Shown: piece after piece, positions 1-9,892 of the stretch
How the letters are laid out: each line of letters opens with the position of its first letter
Numbering within the stretch: the first letter of the stretch is position 1
Origin: a virus
Lineage: Duplodnaviria; Caudoviricetes
Reading direction: 5' to 3' (one strand)
DNA length: 50,469 nucleotides
IMG/VR virus record: IMGVR_UViG_3300031999_000034
Location: 1-50,469 of that record
Notes under the pieces: generated by a model
Databases searched by the model: none
Told to the model about the DNA's origin: nothing
What the model saw: the letters and a program-made list of their open reading frames with translations, nothing else
Program-made: the position numbers and the translations under genes

Positions 1-169
1 CGGCCTTGGCTTCGGCTTCGGCCAGCTTGCGGCGGGCTGCCTGCGTATTGTGAAGAGCCGCTTGGTAATTTTCGCGGAGTTTCCGATCTTCCTCACGGCG
101 CTTCTCCTCTTCCTTGATCTTGATATCGCTGCTAACCTTGCGCCCACCGAGAATCCCCAGCAGGAACAG
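1..169. repeat. Terminal direct repeat (left copy), indicating a circular/complete genome
   Basis: 1-169 matches 50301-50469 except position 127 (C) vs 50427 (T). Confidence 0.97.
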
Positions 170-202
170 CACAGCAGCTATCGCAATTGCCACGATGTTC
201 AA
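1..202 (-). CDS. 5' part of i-spanin-like membrane protein spanning the circular junction (202->1 then 50300->50164; 112 aa)
   Basis: TTG at 202 with GGAGG upstream. Reads MNIVAIAIAAVLFLLGILGGRKVSSDIKIKEEEKRREEDRKLREN...: an N-terminal TM helix then a coiled coil, downstream of the amidase and holin-like genes. Confidence 0.6.
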   Translation of the reverse strand, partial: MNIVAIAIAAVLFLLGILGGRKVSSDIKIKEEEKRREEDRKLRENYQAALHNTQAARRKLAEAEAKA

Positions 203-203
203 A

Positions 204-422
204 TCACACCTCCGGAGTTGCAGCTTTCTTGCTGGGAACAAACGAGCCGACGGTCTTAAGGGCGGCAATAGCGACGTTGGCACCAAACGCCAAGTCGGCC
301 AGATGCGTGAACGCGTTCGCCTGCACCTCGGTCAGGCCCGGCGTGAAGCGGATGCAAATAGCCAGTGCCGCGAATGCCCACACCTTGAACGATGTCAAGT
401 TCTCTTGAATCTTAGCCCACAT
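204..422 (-). CDS. Holin-like small membrane protein
   Basis: 72 aa, two hydrophobic segments, basic C-terminus, located in the lysis cassette. Confidence 0.55.
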   Translation of the reverse strand: MWAKIQENLTSFKVWAFAALAICIRFTPGLTEVQANAFTHLADLAFGANVAIAALKTVGSFVPSKKAATPEV

Positions 423-423
423 G

Positions 424-864
424 CTAAAGCTCCTTTTGCCAGTAACAGACTTCGGTGCCTGCCCATGAATAGGCCGGCGTGTACGCGAGAAAGCCTGCCC
501 GGATCAGGCTGTTGGAACTAGCCGGGTTGCTGGCGCTGGTGTACGTGATTAGGCGTTTGAGCCCCAGCTTGCGCGCGAACCGCACGCGGGCCCGGATGAG
601 ACGGGCGTGTATGCGCCGGCCGCGCTGGCTGGCAATGACACCTGCTAGGCACAAGAATGCAAATCCGTACTTCTCGGGCTTGAGCCCGGCAAACCCAACT
701 GGCTTCTTGCCGTCGACTGCCAACCACCAGTAGCTGTCGTCCAGTTTTCTGCGGTCATTTTCCGCGAAGCACGCCTCCTGCAGCTTGAGCAGCGTTTCCG
801 AAACCTTGGCGCCGGCGTTGCCGGGGGACGCCACGAGTCCAACCGTTATGGAGCTAGCTGGCAA
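424..864 (-). CDS. GNAT-family acetyltransferase
   Basis: Motif A-like AGVIASQRGRRIH and NPASSNSLIRAGF. Probable TTG start at 864 with GAGGAG. Confidence 0.8.
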   Translation of the reverse strand: MPASSITVGLVASPGNAGAKVSETLLKLQEACFAENDRRKLDDSYWWLAVDGKKPVGFAGLKPEKYGFAFLCLAGVIASQRGRRIHARLIRARVRFARKLGLKRLITYTSASNPASSNSLIRAGFLAYTPAYSWAGTEVCYWQKEL

Positions 865-1303
865 GTTTGAACTCCTCGCGCAAAACGACTTGGAGCGCCG
901 CCATGTCGAACTTTGTGCCGGGGCACGTCTTGTTCGCAAACTCGCTGTGCGGGTGGAAATCGGAGATCAGCAATCCGAATCGTCGCATCCAAGGGACAAG
1001 GACTCTTCGAGCAGCGATCCGAAGCATCCAGTCATCGGGTCCCAGAAGGTCGTAGTTCCCAACAAAACAGAAGCCGAGGGAGTCCGCGTTGTGGCCGGCC
1101 GTGTGGGCCCCCTGTAAGAAGTCCGGCCTCCCAAATAGGCACCCGAAGTCCCCGCCAATAAGTTCAATACCTGCATGGTATCCAATGTCGCGCCACCCCA
1201 TTTCTTGGGTGTGGTATCTTTCGATGGCACCCCACGAATAAGTTGACCCGTCTACGGTGGCGCTATGGTGTACTATTACCATTCGTGGCGCTAGTACCAG
1301 CAT
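854..1303 (-). CDS. Endolysin, N-acetylmuramoyl-L-alanine amidase (T7 lysozyme/Amidase_2 type)
   Basis: IVHHSA, WRDIGYH, GAHTAGHN, SLGFCFVGNY, H..KTCPG Zn-amidase motifs. Confidence 0.93.
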   Translation of the reverse strand: MLVLAPRMVIVHHSATVDGSTYSWGAIERYHTQEMGWRDIGYHAGIELIGGDFGCLFGRPDFLQGAHTAGHNADSLGFCFVGNYDLLGPDDWMLRIAARRVLVPWMRRFGLLISDFHPHSEFANKTCPGTKFDMAALQVVLREEFKLAS

Positions 1304-1547
1304 GCGGCGTGCCCCCCATGTTACGGACGATCCAACGAATGTCTTCCCGCATCCAGCGAAGTTCCTCTTCTAGAGCTTCGTGGCGCGCGGTTTCTTTGCT
1401 GTCTGTAGCCAGACATCGCTGGTCTATTTCACCTCTGGAATACACGTCGCGGTTTGCAAACGCCATGAACAGCGTGACTAGCACAGTAAGCACGCCTACC
1501 AATGCCAGCTTGTACAGTTCCGATTTAAGCGGGGTTGGCTCTCTCAT
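1263..1547 (-). CDS. Single-TM coiled-coil protein (holin/antiholin-like)
   Basis: TM segment LALVGVLTVLVTLFMAFA followed by a coiled coil, immediately upstream of the amidase. Confidence 0.5.
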   Translation of the reverse strand: MREPTPLKSELYKLALVGVLTVLVTLFMAFANRDVYSRGEIDQRCLATDSKETARHEALEEELRWMREDIRWIVRNMGGTPHAGTSATNGNSTP

Positions 1548-4500
1548 TTAGCCCCCGCACTTCTGGCCGCGTTAAGGCGGGCCGTTTCGTCCATGACTGC
1601 AGTGACCGATCCGAAGTTCTTGAGCATGTCCCTAGTTTCACGGTCGATGACCATGGACATGGCTTCGTGTTCGACAATGCCAGACACGTCTGGAACTGGT
1701 ATTCCGTTAGAAATGAAGGCTTGGTGCGCGGCGTCCATGCCGCGAACGTCGCCGTCGGCTACCGCCTGATGGTACTCGAATGCCAGCCGGCGCAGCAAGA
1801 TTGCCTTGGTTTCCGTGACCCGGCGGTTGGCCTCCATTCGCTGGGATTCGAGCTTGTCGTTGACTCCGCGCAGCTGGGTGGCGATGCTGAGAAGGTCGCC
1901 ACGTTCGCCCTTGTGGCTGTTAAGCCAGTTGAGATCGAGTTCGCGGACAAGTTCCCCGCCCGGACCACGGCGTTCGCCGGTAAAGGGCTCGGTACCACGT
2001 GCGATGTTCTGGCGCACCATTGCGGCCAAAGGCACGAAGGTCTCGAGCGCCTTCAGGAGGTTGGCGTGCGCGGTGGCTACGTCATCCGGGTTGCCAGTGC
2101 CCATCAGGCGCTCCGAAGATACCATGTTCCAGTTTTCCATGGCCAGCATTAGATCCATAGAAATAGAAGTAAGATCTTCAGATCTCTTGGGCAAGAATCC
2201 AAATCCCACATAGGATGTCATATCAATGCCAAGATCCTGCGCCGCAACCCGGGAAATGTATCCGGACATGGCCAGATACGAAATGATGTTACCCGGATTA
2301 CGCATGGTCTGGGACGCCAGTTCTTCGAGCTGCTTGGGAATAAATGACATAAACTGAGTAGCAGCCACAGAGCCGGATTTGCTAATGCGCGCAAATATCG
2401 GAGGTTTACCAAGTTGTCCGAACAGATGATTAACTTCTTCAGCCGCGCGTGACGCCTCTACCATGATACGCTTTTCGAGCCCGGCGTTCTGAACCTCGCG
2501 CCACGTGGACAGCCCGAGGCGCTTCATGTAGTCTTCCTTGGCGGAATTGAACGTCATAGAACGGATATAGTTTTCAGCCGTAGAAATGGAGGGCCCCCCG
2601 GCATGCACAGTAGACGCTTGCTGGGCGACGGATTTCCACGACGGGTTCTCGAAAATTTGTGTAAACTGATCGCCAATACCCGCCGCTCTGGTTAGAGCTT
2701 GCCCCTCCGGATTCCCGAATGCGAACAAGGATTTGAGAGTACGAAATGTGCCAAAACGCGGAGAATTGGTGGCTACACCAGTTGCCACGGCCATGGGGAA
2801 GTATCTCGCGTTTCCAGTAAGGGCTCCCGAATACGCAAGGGATGTTGCAGCCATGACTACGCGGCCGGCATCGCCGGGGTCGTATACGGGGATTGGCTTA
2901 TCCCCCATGAGTTGTTTCCACGCGGACTGAAACGCCGGAGATCTGCGCAGAGCAATGTTAATATCCTTGATCTTGCTATCGGCAAGGTTGCCCAGCATGG
3001 ACGGGGTGCCCTTGAAGTTGTTGATCAAGTCGTTGGTGTAGTTCATGAACCAAGCGTCAGCCGGATTCTCTTTGACAAACTTCTTGGCCGCGAACTGCAT
3101 ATCCTTGAGCATGGGCTCGATGTGCAGCTTGCGGGAAGCTGCCCGGCTGTAGATGTCCAGCGCCAGCAGCGGATCCCGTTCGTACGCGCCCTTGCCAGTA
3201 CGGTCCAGCAAATGCGCAGCAAACGTCTTGGCGCGCGGAGATGCGCCAATTAGATCCAAAGGTATGGATCCGTTAGCCAATTGCTCGGCGGACAGCACGT
3301 GGTTGATGTACCCAGTGATGTACCGCTCGGACGGCGAAATACCCTGCTTGTCGGCCATGTAATCGAACATGCCCCGGATACGCCGCATGGACACGCGCAT
3401 GTCGTCATCGGCGGCCAGATGGAGGGCCGTAAATGCTTCTGACCTAGGATCCGCGTCGAGCAGGTCAAACAACTGTTCGCCGCGTTCTTTGCTGACCATC
3501 TTGCCGGCATTGCCGGCCTTATCCTTAACGCCAGCACGCACGAGTTCCTGATCGAAGAACTCGGCCATGCGTTTCATTTCGAACTCAGCAGAGTACATGC
3601 CATTGCGTATACGCGCGTACATTTCTGGGTGCATGGACTTCATTACGCGCATGGGCTCTCGAAACTGGTACAGCAACGAGCGCAGCATGGCCGGCGGACG
3701 CAGCCCCAAGGATTCTGGGTACAGGCCGGGCGTGAACACGTCTCCCAGCTTTTCGCCCATGGTCCGCTGCCACGACGCCCGCTCCACGTCCGTGTGCATG
3801 GTCCGGCGCGGGAGCCACTTGTCTTCGAATTTGTACTTCGCGGTCTTGTGCTCGAGAAGTTCCATTCCTTCGGGGTCCGTCAACGGGCGTGTCTTGGCAA
3901 GCTCGTCGAGTTCGCCAATGCGCTTCACGCGTGCTTTTTCCAAGCGCGTAGCTGCCTGCCGGTTGGCCTTGGTCAACTGCGGCACGTCCAGCAGGCCATC
4001 GGCCGTCAGGTTGTGCGGCCTAAGCCCGTACCCCGATATGTACGCCGGGATGGACATCTCGCGCACAGCCACATCGTCAATGTCGGCGCCGGCTGCCAGC
4101 AGCCGGAATGCTTCGCCGCTCTGCTCCGCGTCGTCTGGCCCCATCAGGATGCGCTGCTGGAGGCCGGCTGCGTCGTACGCCGGATCCTCAAGGTCGATGA
4201 TGGGGTGGGTCGAGTCGCCGGACAGAGCCGCCCGGCGCTCGGCGTTGATGACGGCGTTGATGTCTTCGGCCGGAGTGCCGGCTGCAGACAGGTTCAGGGG
4301 GATGTCCTTCGGCTCCATGGCCGCAAGCTGCTGGTACCGAGCATCCAGTTCCGCAACCTCGGAGGCTGGCGACCCGTCCCGCATCTTGGTCCGGATGGTG
4401 TCCTGAATGTTGGCAAGGATGGCCTTTTGCCTCTGTTCGCCCGACGCAAACGCCTCCGTGCTGGTGGACACAATGGTCCCCGTGTAGACCTTGTCCTCGA

Positions 4501-5767
4501 CGGCTTCCGCCGCCTTGCGCGGAACTACATGCAGCAGAACAGCTTCCGAGGCACCGGGATCCTTGGCCGCCTCCAGAAGAGCCATGGACTTAGCAAGCTG
4601 TTTCCGGGCCTGCAGCAGCCGCACCCCGTCGTTGGGGCGCTTGGTGGTCTGGAAGGTCCGCTCGGCCTTGGCGACCCATTTTGTGCCATCCTCCACGGCC
4701 CGCAGCACATCCTCGAAGCCCTTCGTGCGGGCAGCGATGGCGCCGGTAACCCGGGCCACGGAACTGGCTGGCATGGACCTGCGCAACAGGTTGACCGCAC
4801 CCGGCGCCATCGGCGCTGCCACCAGCATGGGGTCGTTGGCGATCTCCATGGTGGCGAAGATGGAGGAAGCCCCCGCCATGGCCGCCGTGCCGGCTGGGCC
4901 GTGGGAGGACCAGTTACGATAGATTTCGGCCCCATTGTCGCTGATCCCGGCTTCGGCTGCAGTGCGCTCGGGCGTGCCGTCGGCCGGCAGGGACTTGGCG
5001 CCGCCCGCCCCGGGCACGACATCGATTCCGTACCCAGCTTGTCCGGCTTCAAACACGTCCCGAAACTCGAGCAGATCCTCCCCGGCTTCCTCTGCCAGAC
5101 GGAGCGATAGATCCCGCGCCACTTCCGTGGTGGCGTCGCTGGTCAACGGATGAAACGGCGTGCCGAGGCCCACGAGCCGCAGGCGCATGAGGTCGAGCCC
5201 GACGAGGGCCTGCCACTTCTTCTTCTGCTGGCCGGCGCTGTCTGGGATGGTGACTTCCGGAAACAGGCGCTGGGCAAACTCAGCCGGATGTTCGCCGCGC
5301 AGTGCCCCAAACCATGCTTGCTGTAACCCCAACACGACAGGAGTCACGGTGTTCGTGGCAATCGTGAAGTCGGCCAGCATGTCGCGTTCCCGAAGTGCGC
5401 GCTCGCCTTCGGCAATAGCGGAGTAGTCCACCAGTTCCCGGCGAAGCTGGTCGCCCTTGTCGTACCGGACATGGATATCCGGGGTCTTGTTCTTGAGGAA
5501 GGCCGCAATCTGCTGGCGTGCTGTGGGGCGGCCCTCAACGGTTTCTTGGTCCTCGAAGTAGTTGGTCTGCGCCTCAAGAGGGGCCCGGTCGGCCAGCAAC
5601 TTGGGCGTGCCAACAGACGAAGTCGGAGCCGCTGCCGTAAGAACTTCGTCAGTGGCTTGGTCCGTGCCGTACACTGCCAGCTTCGCGGCGCTAGAATCAA
5701 ACCCCACGCGCAGCAACGCCTGCTCCTTGGCGCGGAGACGATCAAGCTGTTCGGGATTGGTCGGCAT
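1544..5767 (-). CDS. Large internal virion/DNA ejection protein (1407 aa)
   Basis: Long Ala-rich helical ORF, last of three consecutive ORFs after the tail genes, which is the typical podovirus ejection-protein position. Confidence 0.7.
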   Translation of the reverse strand: MPTNPEQLDRLRAKEQALLRVGFDSSAAKLAVYGTDQATDEVLTAAAPTSSVGTPKLLADRAPLEAQTNYFEDQETVEGRPTARQQIAAFLKNKTPDIHVRYDKGDQLRRELVDYSAIAEGERALRERDMLADFTIATNTVTPVVLGLQQAWFGALRGEHPAEFAQRLFPEVTIPDSAGQQKKKWQALVGLDLMRLRLVGLGTPFHPLTSDATTEVARDLSLRLAEEAGEDLLEFRDVFEAGQAGYGIDVVPGAGGAKSLPADGTPERTAAEAGISDNGAEIYRNWSSHGPAGTAAMAGASSIFATMEIANDPMLVAAPMAPGAVNLLRRSMPASSVARVTGAIAARTKGFEDVLRAVEDGTKWVAKAERTFQTTKRPNDGVRLLQARKQLAKSMALLEAAKDPGASEAVLLHVVPRKAAEAVEDKVYTGTIVSTSTEAFASGEQRQKAILANIQDTIRTKMRDGSPASEVAELDARYQQLAAMEPKDIPLNLSAAGTPAEDINAVINAERRAALSGDSTHPIIDLEDPAYDAAGLQQRILMGPDDAEQSGEAFRLLAAGADIDDVAVREMSIPAYISGYGLRPHNLTADGLLDVPQLTKANRQAATRLEKARVKRIGELDELAKTRPLTDPEGMELLEHKTAKYKFEDKWLPRRTMHTDVERASWQRTMGEKLGDVFTPGLYPESLGLRPPAMLRSLLYQFREPMRVMKSMHPEMYARIRNGMYSAEFEMKRMAEFFDQELVRAGVKDKAGNAGKMVSKERGEQLFDLLDADPRSEAFTALHLAADDDMRVSMRRIRGMFDYMADKQGISPSERYITGYINHVLSAEQLANGSIPLDLIGASPRAKTFAAHLLDRTGKGAYERDPLLALDIYSRAASRKLHIEPMLKDMQFAAKKFVKENPADAWFMNYTNDLINNFKGTPSMLGNLADSKIKDINIALRRSPAFQSAWKQLMGDKPIPVYDPGDAGRVVMAATSLAYSGALTGNARYFPMAVATGVATNSPRFGTFRTLKSLFAFGNPEGQALTRAAGIGDQFTQIFENPSWKSVAQQASTVHAGGPSISTAENYIRSMTFNSAKEDYMKRLGLSTWREVQNAGLEKRIMVEASRAAEEVNHLFGQLGKPPIFARISKSGSVAATQFMSFIPKQLEELASQTMRNPGNIISYLAMSGYISRVAAQDLGIDMTSYVGFGFLPKRSEDLTSISMDLMLAMENWNMVSSERLMGTGNPDDVATAHANLLKALETFVPLAAMVRQNIARGTEPFTGERRGPGGELVRELDLNWLNSHKGERGDLLSIATQLRGVNDKLESQRMEANRRVTETKAILLRRLAFEYHQAVADGDVRGMDAAHQAFISNGIPVPDVSGIVEHEAMSMVIDRETRDMLKNFGSVTAVMDETARLNAARSAGAK

Positions 5768-5778
5768 GTGTATTGCTC

Positions 5779-7194
5779 CTATCGAGCCAGTCCGGCGGTA
5801 ACCTTTTTACGGAATGCAGTGCGCAGAATGTCAATGTCGAAGTCTGGCGCGGTAAGATCGCCACTGGCTTCGCCCACGGTTTCGCTGAAGATTTGCAGCG
5901 CCCGGGCCGACACCTCCGCAGGAGAAGCGTCGGGATACGTAGTGCGGTACACTTCTTCGATTTCGGAATAGATGGTGCCAACGCGTGCGGCATGCTGACT
6001 GGCGAGTTCCCCGTTGAGAACACCGACCTGCGCCCTTACCATGCCAGCACGAACCTTTGCCGCGTTCTCGGGAGTACCAAACAGTTTCTCGGCGGCACCC
6101 GGATTCATAGCGCGAAGTGCGTTCTCAATGTTCGAGACATTGATCATTACGTCCTTGATCATCGATCCGTCCACGTACGTGGGCGCGCCTTCAAGCGTCT
6201 TGAACCTGCCCGTAAGCACCGTGGCGCCCGCCGGATCATCCGCAAAAATGGTGGCGATCTGCTGATCTTTGGGAAGACGTGCCAGTTCAGGATTCTGTTT
6301 GATGGCGTCCTGCCACTTCTGCAAGTACCCAATGGCCACGTCATCCATGGTGACCTCGCCGCCAGTCTTGGCCGCCGGCCGGATTTTCTTCAGCACTTCG
6401 GGATCGGTAAGGGTCTTGCCGTTCTGTTCCGCAAACACCCACGCCGACAACACCGACCCCGTATCAGTCGTCGAATTGTCCGCTAGATTCAGCCACGCGG
6501 ACGTTGCATCCATGGTCGACATCACGGCGATGTCGTCTGGGGACAGGTTGAGTTCGAGGGCCGTGGACAGTTGCTGGCCCGCCTGCAGCGCCATTTCTGG
6601 AGTGGTGGCGGTCTTCAACTTGTCCGTCCAGAAGTTGACCCGCGAATCCTGCATGGCCGTGCGCCTGCGCTCCCCAACAATCGAAGCCGGGGACAACGCA
6701 ATCGGCACGCCGGTGGCGGCCATGCCCAGAATCGCCGGATCGATGGCATCCTTGCCGGCCGCATCTATGAATAATCCGGACTGCGCAGTCAGCAGCGTAG
6801 AGATAGTCTGGCGGCGCCGGTCGACGGTGTCCTGCATGTTGTCGATGGCGGCCTTGCGCCGGGCGTCTTGTGCTTGGGCCTTGGCGCCGGCACCTTCAAT
6901 GGTGCCCGATGCCATGCCTAGAGCCGCAGCTTGGCCAGTTTCGCCGCCTAGAGTAGCGGCCAAGCCGGCCAGCACCAGCATCGGGATGTTACGTTTGGAC
7001 AGCAGATTCTTGCCGGCCGAGGCTGGCGGCGCGGCGCGCGCGCTGGCCAACTTCTCGTCCAGACCCATGGTGCCTTCCAGCAGTGCCGCCAACTTGTCCG
7101 GCCCGAGAGCCGCTTCGACGCCAGACCCGGCCTTGCTGGGAGAGGTCACGCCGAGATTCGAGAGACGGGGATTGTCAGCCATTATGTTTTCCAC
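5779..7194 (-). CDS. Internal virion protein (471 aa)
   Basis: Gly/Ala-rich hydrophobic N-terminal segment then helical; position in the module. Confidence 0.65.
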   Translation of the reverse strand: MENIMADNPRLSNLGVTSPSKAGSGVEAALGPDKLAALLEGTMGLDEKLASARAAPPASAGKNLLSKRNIPMLVLAGLAATLGGETGQAAALGMASGTIEGAGAKAQAQDARRKAAIDNMQDTVDRRRQTISTLLTAQSGLFIDAAGKDAIDPAILGMAATGVPIALSPASIVGERRRTAMQDSRVNFWTDKLKTATTPEMALQAGQQLSTALELNLSPDDIAVMSTMDATSAWLNLADNSTTDTGSVLSAWVFAEQNGKTLTDPEVLKKIRPAAKTGGEVTMDDVAIGYLQKWQDAIKQNPELARLPKDQQIATIFADDPAGATVLTGRFKTLEGAPTYVDGSMIKDVMINVSNIENALRAMNPGAAEKLFGTPENAAKVRAGMVRAQVGVLNGELASQHAARVGTIYSEIEEVYRTTYPDASPAEVSARALQIFSETVGEASGDLTAPDFDIDILRTAFRKKVTAGLAR

Positions 7195-7808
7195 GCTCCT
7201 ACTTCGCTGGCGCCGCCCGTGGCGTACGCAGCCGCGCCGCGCGCGGCAAGCTGCATGGCCGTACCCACGGTGCTTTCTTTGGTCTTTGTGGTCGTAGTAC
7301 CCTGCGCCAGACGCTCCTGCAGACTCTGCTGCATCACTGGGTTGGCCGCGCCGAGCAATTTCTGGAGCAGCAATTGGTTGGCGGACAACTGCACGCCGGC
7401 CCGCTGAAACGGAAGGCTCGTCATCTGTTCGGCAGCTTGGCCCTGCTGCTGGAGATTGATGTTGTTCAGCGCGTCCTGATTGGACTTGCCGAGCAGAGCG
7501 GTCTGGACGGCCTCGACGCTGCCCCCTTCCATGCCCTTCGACAGCAACTGTTCCTCTACGCCACGTTTCTGGGACGCGAAGTTGTTCTCCGCGTTCTTGC
7601 GTGCGATTTCCGCAGCGGCGTTCTGGGCCAGTTCAATAAACTGCCGGTCGCTGTCGGATGCCGAGATGTTGCCGGCGGCCATTGAGGACAGGTCGCCAAA
7701 CTGGCCACTTGTGCTGTTAGCCAGTGTTGACAGCAGCGCTCGAAGCTGGGTCTCGTCCGCGCTTGCACCCGGGATGGTGGAGGTTTGGGTCTGCGTACTA
7801 GTTCCCAT
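7182..7808 (-). CDS. Internal virion (pilot-like) protein
   Basis: Start MGTSTQTQTSTIPG, Gln/Ala-rich, C-terminal AAAYATGGAS, typical of podovirus ejection proteins. Confidence 0.65.
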   Translation of the reverse strand: MGTSTQTQTSTIPGASADETQLRALLSTLANSTSGQFGDLSSMAAGNISASDSDRQFIELAQNAAAEIARKNAENNFASQKRGVEEQLLSKGMEGGSVEAVQTALLGKSNQDALNNINLQQQGQAAEQMTSLPFQRAGVQLSANQLLLQKLLGAANPVMQQSLQERLAQGTTTTKTKESTVGTAMQLAARGAAAYATGGASEVGAWKT

Positions 7809-8193
7809 CAGGCACCCCCTGCCAATACAACATGGCGTAACCAGAATCCAGTTTGCTTCCAAAAGCTAGCGCCAAGCGCAAGGCCCGCATATTAGAATGC
7901 CGGATTGCCGAGCGCGCGTACTTGATGCCATGCTCCACCAGCCAGTGCTGCACGGCGCCCATGAGTGAAACACCCAAGCCGTTTTGGTGCTTGGGGCTGA
8001 CGGCCAAGAAATCGATGTAGGCGTTGGGTGCTTCCGCCATCAGCCACACGCACCCAGCCAGTTCGCCATCGATGTAGGCTACGAGCCAGCGCCCGCCCAT
8101 GGAGCGCGGTTCGACCGGGTTGTAATACGCAGTGGACGCCACGCACTGCACTATGCCCTCAAAATCGTTGGGAGTTGCTTCGCGGATTGTCAT
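7798..8193 (-). CDS. GNAT-like virion assembly protein
   Basis: MTIREATPND...YIDFLAVSPKHQNGLG...NMRALRL. Sits between the tail and ejection genes, like T7 gp13/P22 gp14. Confidence 0.75.
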   Translation of the reverse strand: MTIREATPNDFEGIVQCVASTAYYNPVEPRSMGGRWLVAYIDGELAGCVWLMAEAPNAYIDFLAVSPKHQNGLGVSLMGAVQHWLVEHGIKYARSAIRHSNMRALRLALAFGSKLDSGYAMLYWQGVPDGN

Positions 8194-8194
8194 G

Positions 8195-9889
8195 CTACTG
8201 CACCTCGGCCGTGCTGCGCTCGACCAGAAGGAATCTGGCATTAGCAGTAACGCTGGCATGCGGAACAGCGCGCAGGTACACTTGGGCTGCAGTTGCCAGA
8301 TTGACGGTCAACCCAGTACTGTAGACTACGCGATCCACCACGGTGTTAGCGTCCATGATGCCGGTACTCATAGCCAAAGCCACGGTGGCCGCTGTAATCA
8401 CCATCGTACCTTCGATATTAAATGTGCCAGCCTGCATGGGGCAGGATGCAATTACTTGATCTGACCCCCCGGTGGCCTTATAATAGATGTAGCAATTTCC
8501 AGCGTCTGCAGTCCCGGATCCAGTAACTATTCCTCGCGCCCTAAGCACGTCACCAACCCGCAGAGAATTGGCCGGAATGGCCACAATGCAACTAACCGCT
8601 TCTCCCCCACCACCACCAGCTACCGAAGTTGGGTTGACATACGCAGTGTACGGCACCGCTCCAACGGTGTCGCCATTAGCCCACTGGCGCAGGGTAGCTG
8701 CACGCAGAATGGGAACGGCAGAACTCTGCGTCCGGTTGTCGTGGACCGTGCAACTGACCGACAGATGCGCGTCGATGCCATTGACCGTCGCAGTGCGCAC
8801 GTCGTTGTCCGACACGTCCAGCATCACGGATTCCGTCAGATCGATACCGTCGCCGCCGGCCGTATGCAGGATGTTGCCACGCACTGTACCGTAATCCGCA
8901 CAGATGGACAGGCCATCCAGAGCAGCCGACGGCGCGCTATTGTCGCACACAGACACCCGCAGCAGCCCGCCACCCGTGGTGCCAATCTGGAATGTGGGAG
9001 CCGCTCCGGTCATGGTGTCGGCTGTGTTGCCCATTACCGAGATGTCAGACCAATTCTCAGATGTTGCCGCTGCGTCACCTGCGACAAAGATCGCCGGGTT
9101 GGCGCCAGACGAGATGTTGTTGCCGTGGATCTTGACCCGCTTGATCTTGCAGTTCGCGGCGTCAGCCTCCAGATGGATGGCTGCGGTAGCGTTGTCCTCG
9201 CAAGTATTGCCGAATGCGTAGAAATCCGTCACGTCGTCGGACAAGATGTGGTGCCCGGCACCACCCGAGAACGAACAGTGCGTAACGCTCACGCGCGCAC
9301 ACCCATTGCCGGCCGTACCGTTGTTAGTCAACTCGAGTGCCGCGCCGGAGAAGCCCTTGAAGATGACTGCGTGGATGACGGCATCGCGCACGTACTGCAA
9401 CTGCAGCCCCACGTTGCTGGCGCCGGTACTGGCATTGCCATTGAGCGTGAGGTTCGACATAAGGAATCCGCTATGCACGGTAGTGCCAGACGACCTTAGC
9501 AGAAAACTACCAGTCGTACCGGCCGTCAACAGGATTTCAGACGACGGGCCCGCGCCAACAATCGCCACGCCATCACCAGTAAAGGTGACACCGTTGGCCG
9601 TGACTGTAGTATCCGGCGGCACAAACACGCACCCGCCAGTGCCGGCCGCCGTAACCGCAGTCTGGAGATCTGGGTAGTTGGCGGCATTAATGACACCAGC
9701 AATCTTGCGGGCACCAGTAATGTTGTAGATGCCCATTGCCAGATCGCCCTCGGCTTCGAGAGGCCACTGCAGATCACTGGCATCGAAACCGCCGGAGAAC
9801 TTGGCGTTGAGTGCCGCCACCAGCGCGTTCAACTTCTCGGGCGTAACAATCTCGTTGTCGCTAAATGTTGGCAGCGTTACAACAGCCAT
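8195..9889 (-). CDS. Tailspike with right-handed beta-helix (pectate lyase-like)
   Basis: N-terminal anchor (PTFSDNEIVTPEKLNAL), then LQTAVTAAGTGGCVFVPP and repeated V.GN/N-ladder beta-helix rungs. Confidence 0.85.
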   Translation of the reverse strand: MAVVTLPTFSDNEIVTPEKLNALVAALNAKFSGGFDASDLQWPLEAEGDLAMGIYNITGARKIAGVINAANYPDLQTAVTAAGTGGCVFVPPDTTVTANGVTFTGDGVAIVGAGPSSEILLTAGTTGSFLLRSSGTTVHSGFLMSNLTLNGNASTGASNVGLQLQYVRDAVIHAVIFKGFSGAALELTNNGTAGNGCARVSVTHCSFSGGAGHHILSDDVTDFYAFGNTCEDNATAAIHLEADAANCKIKRVKIHGNNISSGANPAIFVAGDAAATSENWSDISVMGNTADTMTGAAPTFQIGTTGGGLLRVSVCDNSAPSAALDGLSICADYGTVRGNILHTAGGDGIDLTESVMLDVSDNDVRTATVNGIDAHLSVSCTVHDNRTQSSAVPILRAATLRQWANGDTVGAVPYTAYVNPTSVAGGGGGEAVSCIVAIPANSLRVGDVLRARGIVTGSGTADAGNCYIYYKATGGSDQVIASCPMQAGTFNIEGTMVITAATVALAMSTGIMDANTVVDRVVYSTGLTVNLATAAQVYLRAVPHASVTANARFLLVERSTAEVQ

Positions 9890-9892
9890 GTG

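Noticed and set aside
1-169. True physical terminal repeat
   Set aside because: The break falls inside lysis ORFs, which fits assembly circularisation better.
3567-7297. Long plus-strand ORFs (e.g. 3629-5110, 6269-7297)
   Set aside because: Antisense shadows of GC-rich genes; the same applies to 22983-24026 (+) and 39326-40372 (-).
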